A DNA stretch of 64,000 nt from a virus, in IMG/VR virus record IMGVR_UViG_3300030004_000009, positions 1 to 64,000 of that record, one strand, 5' to 3'. The stretch's first letter is position 1, and each line of letters starts with the position of its first letter. The notes below the pieces were generated by a model. It saw only the letters and a list, made by a program, of their open reading frames with translations, searched no databases and was not told the origin of the DNA. The position numbers and the translations under genes are program-made. Positions 61,415 to 64,000 of the stretch are shown one piece after another.

Positions 61415-61637
61415 TTAATTTCTCAGCTAGTGTATATTCTGCTAATGCAGCATCAATTTCCTTGATTCTTACATACTCTCGAAATGCTTCTTCACATGCT
61501 CTATCTACACTTGTGTTTGGTTTAGTAACATAGTAAAAGTATTCTCCAGTTTTCATATCTCTTGTGACTAACTCCATAGTCTGTTCTACTTGATTAATAA
61601 TATTTGTATTACTAATAAAGTCTGTTAGGTTATACAT
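61392..61637 (-). CDS. hypothetical protein
   Basis: 81 aa within a tightly packed - strand operon. Confidence 0.6.
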   Translation of the reverse strand: MYNLTDFISNTNIINQVEQTMELVTRDMKTGEYFYYVTKPNTSVDRACEEAFREYVRIKEIDAALAEYTLAEKLNEHSKDD

Positions 61638-61773
61638 TATTTAATTCAATTAAAGCTCTTTCTGCTATTTTACAAGCAGAATAAAATTGTGTTAAACTAT
61701 CACCTTGCCCTTTTAACTGTGATAAGTAACCATCTATGATTTTTAAGGCTCGTTGTATTTCTTGCTTTGTCAT
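61630..61773 (-). CDS. small hypothetical protein (47 aa, MTKQEIQRALKIIDGYL...), below the ORF-track cutoff
   Basis: ATGA overlap with the nucleotidyltransferase stop. Fills the gap exactly and overlaps the next start. Confidence 0.6.
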   Translation of the reverse strand: MTKQEIQRALKIIDGYLSQLKGQGDSLTQFYSACKIAERALIELNNV

Positions 61774-62840
61774 AAGTACCTTATTTCTAATAATAATTGA
61801 TTACAAAACTCTTGTGATACTTCATCTGGTAGGTTACAATTCTCATACACTACATCAAGTTTTTTAATATCTAACTCTGCTTGAGTAAGTATAGCTTCAA
61901 GATCAACTTTACCTTTACGAATATTTATTAACTCTTCTCTATTAGGACGTCGTACATTAATCGTACCCTCTGTTGCAATTTCAATCGCCACGTCAAGTAG
62001 ACGTCTACAATGAAGCATATTTTTACCATCTATCTTCTGTCCATGACCTTCAATATCAATATAACGTTGTGTATTTCTTTCTTTAAGCCACGTTTCATAT
62101 TCCTTATGAGATTTACAGTGCTGAGAATAAGCGTCCTTATTATAATAGACTATACCTAATGAATCAAAACCTTTAGGGATATTAGAAATTCTTATTGAAT
62201 TGCTATCATCTAGTTGTATACCTTTAAGTCCAATAGGTTGACTATCTCCATTATGATAGTCAAAGTCATACCATAAAGTATAACAATCCCTAAAATGTTC
62301 AATATTAGTGAGTCCACATAACTCTTGATTTAGTTTTTTACCTTTTAAGAAGTTAAGTAAGTTTTCAGCAACACTTTGTCCTCGATAGATATAGTAGAAA
62401 TCAATAGGTGTTTTCCGTACTATTTTCTCTTTCTCCCAGTTCATTTTCTTATTAAGACCTCTAGCTTTCTGTATTTGTTGTACAGCATAACCACCAAATG
62501 AATTATGACATTTCTTTGTTAAGAACATATCACGTTGACTTCTTATAAGGCCAAAATCATCAGAACATATAAGAATACAATCATTAGGTGAATATAACAT
62601 TTCAAGTACTGTAGGATTAGCTGTTTGAAGTAGCTCAATAAATCTACGAACCTCATAATAGACTTCATCTTTACTAATCTCTATTTGAGGTTTATAGTCA
62701 AATCCTAATATATCTTGTTTATTTTGAATATATACACCTTTAATGTCTAAATCGCTACCTTCTACATTTTTGGAATAGGCAGTTGAACCCATAATAGCCT
62801 TAAATATGAGTTTTCCCGGGATTCTTGCTTGTTCTTCCAT
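61770..62840 (-). CDS. DNA polymerase beta-superfamily nucleotidyltransferase (RlaP/YcgL-like)
   Basis: GSTAY......SDLDIKGVY, E...F..LL..ANP.VLE.L, D.KNM.H..RLL. Probable start at 62840 (TAATG overlap). Confidence 0.88.
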   Translation of the reverse strand: MEEQARIPGKLIFKAIMGSTAYSKNVEGSDLDIKGVYIQNKQDILGFDYKPQIEISKDEVYYEVRRFIELLQTANPTVLEMLYSPNDCILICSDDFGLIRSQRDMFLTKKCHNSFGGYAVQQIQKARGLNKKMNWEKEKIVRKTPIDFYYIYRGQSVAENLLNFLKGKKLNQELCGLTNIEHFRDCYTLWYDFDYHNGDSQPIGLKGIQLDDSNSIRISNIPKGFDSLGIVYYNKDAYSQHCKSHKEYETWLKERNTQRYIDIEGHGQKIDGKNMLHCRRLLDVAIEIATEGTINVRRPNREELINIRKGKVDLEAILTQAELDIKKLDVVYENCNLPDEVSQEFCNQLLLEIRYL

Positions 62841-63244
62841 TACCAATCTATATTAATTATATAATCTCCTGCTTCAATTAGACCTTTGTTATATAAGTCA
62901 TTAGCTACAGTATTAATATCTGGATAAAAGTTTCTTTTCCAAAATAAATTGAGTGCTCCACTATAACTTTGGTTTATTAGAGGTTGTTTAGGATCTCTAG
63001 CTAACCAAACTTTAAACTTCACTCCCATTCGATCTCCATTAACAACTTCAGATATAGAATCGTGCATATATTCATCTTCAGAATCCTCTGAAGGTATTTC
63101 TAAATTAAAGATGCCTCTTGATTGACAACCATCTTGTTGCTGAAAACTATAGGGTCTTCCATAAGACTTTTTAACCAAATCATCCCAATCGCTAACATCT
63201 ACAAATCTTACTATTCGATATTTTAACTTTGTTTGTTCTTCCAT
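62840..63244 (-). CDS. hypothetical protein
   Basis: 134 aa, operonic; ends GDYIINIDW. Confidence 0.7.
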   Translation of the reverse strand: MEEQTKLKYRIVRFVDVSDWDDLVKKSYGRPYSFQQQDGCQSRGIFNLEIPSEDSEDEYMHDSISEVVNGDRMGVKFKVWLARDPKQPLINQSYSGALNLFWKRNFYPDINTVANDLYNKGLIEAGDYIINIDW

Positions 63245-63540
63245 GCTTTTAAATCGATAAGTGCATTAGTGATTCCAACCTCTAAACACGCTTCATAATT
63301 TGAGAAATATTCTCTATCATCACTTACTTGTTCGTCTGTATAATAAGGCCAAAAGCTATCATAGTAGTAACGAATATCTTCTATACAAACAATAACCTCA
63401 AAGTTTTCTTCATCTCTTAGATATGTTTGTACTGCACTTAAAGTAGCATTACTGATGTAAATATAGCTTGTATTCAGTTGATTTAATAACTTAATTATAG
63501 TGCTATTAGCGTATTTATCATTTATACTAAAGTTCATCAT
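63223..63540 (-). CDS. hypothetical protein
   Basis: 105 aa, operonic; ends with a YE.CLE.GI..AL motif. Confidence 0.6.
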   Translation of the reverse strand: MMNFSINDKYANSTIIKLLNQLNTSYIYISNATLSAVQTYLRDEENFEVIVCIEDIRYYYDSFWPYYTDEQVSDDREYFSNYEACLEVGITNALIDLKAWKNKQS

Positions 63541-63871
63541 TCATTTCTCCTAGGTTATCAATTATAATTCTTTTTACTTCTTCAATAAAGACTGTGTCTG
63601 TACCTTCATATTCTACACTATATTGATGTAGAAACTCCATAAATATACCTAATTGCATTGCAACTGGTAGTTCATGATATTTAGGTGTAAAAATTTCTAT
63701 TTTATTATCCCCACCAGGATAGTGACTTTTAATAAAAGTCGTATGTGCATTAAATAACTGATACCAATCATTATCTACTTTGTATTTATCTATAAATCTC
63801 AGAAATAGTTCTGCTGCTTTTGGATTAGCGTTTAACACTTCATTCCAAAAGCTCTGTTTATTTAGTTTCAT
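63527..63871 (-). CDS. hypothetical protein
   Basis: 114 aa, operonic. Confidence 0.65.
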   Translation of the reverse strand: MKLNKQSFWNEVLNANPKAAELFLRFIDKYKVDNDWYQLFNAHTTFIKSHYPGGDNKIEIFTPKYHELPVAMQLGIFMEFLHQYSVEYEGTDTVFIEEVKRIIIDNLGEMNDEL

Positions 63872-64000
63872 TTAATATTTTATCAACTCCTCTAATTACT
63901 TAATTTGTTCAGTTGTAAGTCTCATCCTTTATCATTACTTATCATCATTTTAATACTAACGTTATAAGTATAACTAAAGACAGTAGCAGCTCGAGTTAAA

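Noticed and set aside
1-64000. CRISPR arrays, tRNA/rRNA genes, diversity-generating retroelement, IS elements
   Set aside because: I found no regularly spaced repeats, cloverleaf signatures, reverse transcriptase or transposase by eye. tRNAscan and cmsearch would be needed to exclude them formally.

Overview
AT-rich 64 kb segment of a crAss-like (Crassvirales-type) phage that probably infects a Bacteroidota host, judging from several TTTG-N20-TAnnTTTG promoters. The standard genetic code is sufficient. The + strand (1-58541) carries the virion module. It starts with a major capsid protein (MCP) gene split by four group I introns. I reconstruct the exons as 101-323, 593-907, 2272-2570, 2850-3409 and 3678-3708 (1428 nt, 475 aa); intron 2 encodes a GIY-YIG/NUMOD1 homing endonuclease. 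Next come putative capsid-auxiliary, ring/adaptor and muzzle proteins, cargo proteins with a repeated xxGG motif, and four giant putative ejection proteins. These are an SF1 helicase-containing protein, a virion RNA polymerase whose D-F-D-I-D catalytic motif is split by a fifth group I intron (spliced 3596 aa), a double-zincin protein and a PD-(D/E)xK nuclease protein. The - strand (58585-64000) encodes two lysozymes, a metallophosphoesterase, a YqeY protein, a nucleotidyltransferase and small hypothetical proteins. The most striking unexplained patterns are: (1) three MCP introns, inserted in three different codon phases, all append an in-frame [IL]-A-A-stop, an ssrA/ClpX-type degron, to the protein made from unspliced mRNA; (2) the four giant proteins carry terminal cysteines arranged for a head-to-tail chain in gene order; (3) the RNAP contains adjacent ART-like and NADAR-like inserts; (4) a promoter-to-terminator antisense small RNA unit lies at about 20727-20898. 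All family assignments come from motif recognition by eye; no searches were run.
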